Shown piece by piece: positions 63,101-64,000 of a stretch of 64,000 nucleotides of DNA. The stretch is from Diadema antillarum (taxonomy: Eukaryota). The first letter of the stretch is position 1. Every line of letters starts with the position of its first letter. The DNA lies in contig NW_027270906.1 of assembly GCF_040938485.1 (NCBI RefSeq), positions 124,001 through 188,000 on the forward strand, given 5' to 3'. Under the pieces are notes generated by a model. The model was not told where the DNA came from. It worked only from the letters and a program-made list of their open reading frames with translations, and did not search any database. Made by a program: the position numbers and the translations under genes.

Positions 63101-64000
63101 CAAATGTAGGCTGTGTGTGCATATGAAGTCTGAAAGCACTTTAAAATAACTTATGTTTTGATTCACAACTTCACAGGCAAAACTTGAGTGTCTCTGTGTT
63201 TTTTTTTTCCTTTAAAGATGCACCTTACCATCAATGGTAGACAACCCCCCCCCCCTTCGTTTTTAGAGGGACAATTTTTCTCAGTGGCAAGTGCCCCTCC
63301 CTCAATTGATTCAGACTAATAATGTTCAGAGGTATAAGAAAACAGAAAGAATTCCGACATCTTGCCTCCAGTAGTCTCGTTCTTGAAGTGTGATGTTCAT
63401 CTTGCAAAGTTTCACCATGTATCTGTGTGGATTGAATGAATGCAGGGTTATTAGTAGAACACATCAGTGAATGTTGAGGAAAATCAATCTGTTCACAAGT
63501 TGTGAATTTTAAAGTTTTGGTTCTGCCATTGCAGATGAGAAGACTGAGTTAGTGACAATACTGCAAAACAAGGAAATAAAGATAATTAAAAAAAATAATT
63601 CCTTCAAAATTATTTTTTTTTAATGATAAGTAATTCCTTTCACTTGTTACTGATGTATTTTAAAAGGTAATATTATTTCCCCTTCTTTCTATGAAAGGTA
63701 AGTCAGATTCTCTTTCATTATGCCAGAAAAATGAAATTATGCAGATTTTAAAAAAATATTTTCTTTATATAGTTGTCTTGCAGTAATAACTGCAGTAGTC
63801 TTCTCATCCAGTGATTGTGACACCAACACTATAAAAATTCAAAACTTTTGAATGGATTGTCCAATTTTTTTCTCAAAGTTCATTGATGTGTTCTACTGAT
63901 ATTGTTGTGTATGCTAAATTACCCTATTTTTGCTGGGTGACAAGACCTTGTATCTCAACTATTGGTGAATGTCACTTTATGGATTAGTTGTCAGATAATC

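Overview
Eukaryotic, intron-rich genomic DNA, most likely a sea urchin. This is inferred from a late-type H2B N-terminus ([16 protein letters not shown]), H3 with KTELRF, and the echinoid U7-binding element CAAGAAAGA after every histone stem-loop. Gene order is: last six coding exons of RPTOR (+, 911-9474); complete 3-exon MRM2/FTSJ2 (-, 14531-17804); a solo replication-dependent H2B (-); a divergent H4(-)/H3(+) pair; and an 18-exon DNMT3 de novo DNA methyltransferase (+, 37277-59107, about 1339 aa) with a very long disordered N-terminus and intact PWWP, ADD and catalytic motifs. Introns and intergenic DNA are full of non-autonomous elements: TA- and TTAA-type MITEs, hAT-like elements, Helentron-associated HINE/Tsp-like elements, SINEs and LINE tails. 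The most striking unexplained structure is a 1.72-kb insertion 13 bp into a DNMT3 catalytic-domain intron. It is flanked by a 12-bp target-site duplication and consists of a ~517-bp near-perfect inverted repeat enclosing a sense-strand minimal type I hammerhead ribozyme motif of the Penelope-like-element kind. All calls were made by eye and by manual translation; no database search or folding program was run.
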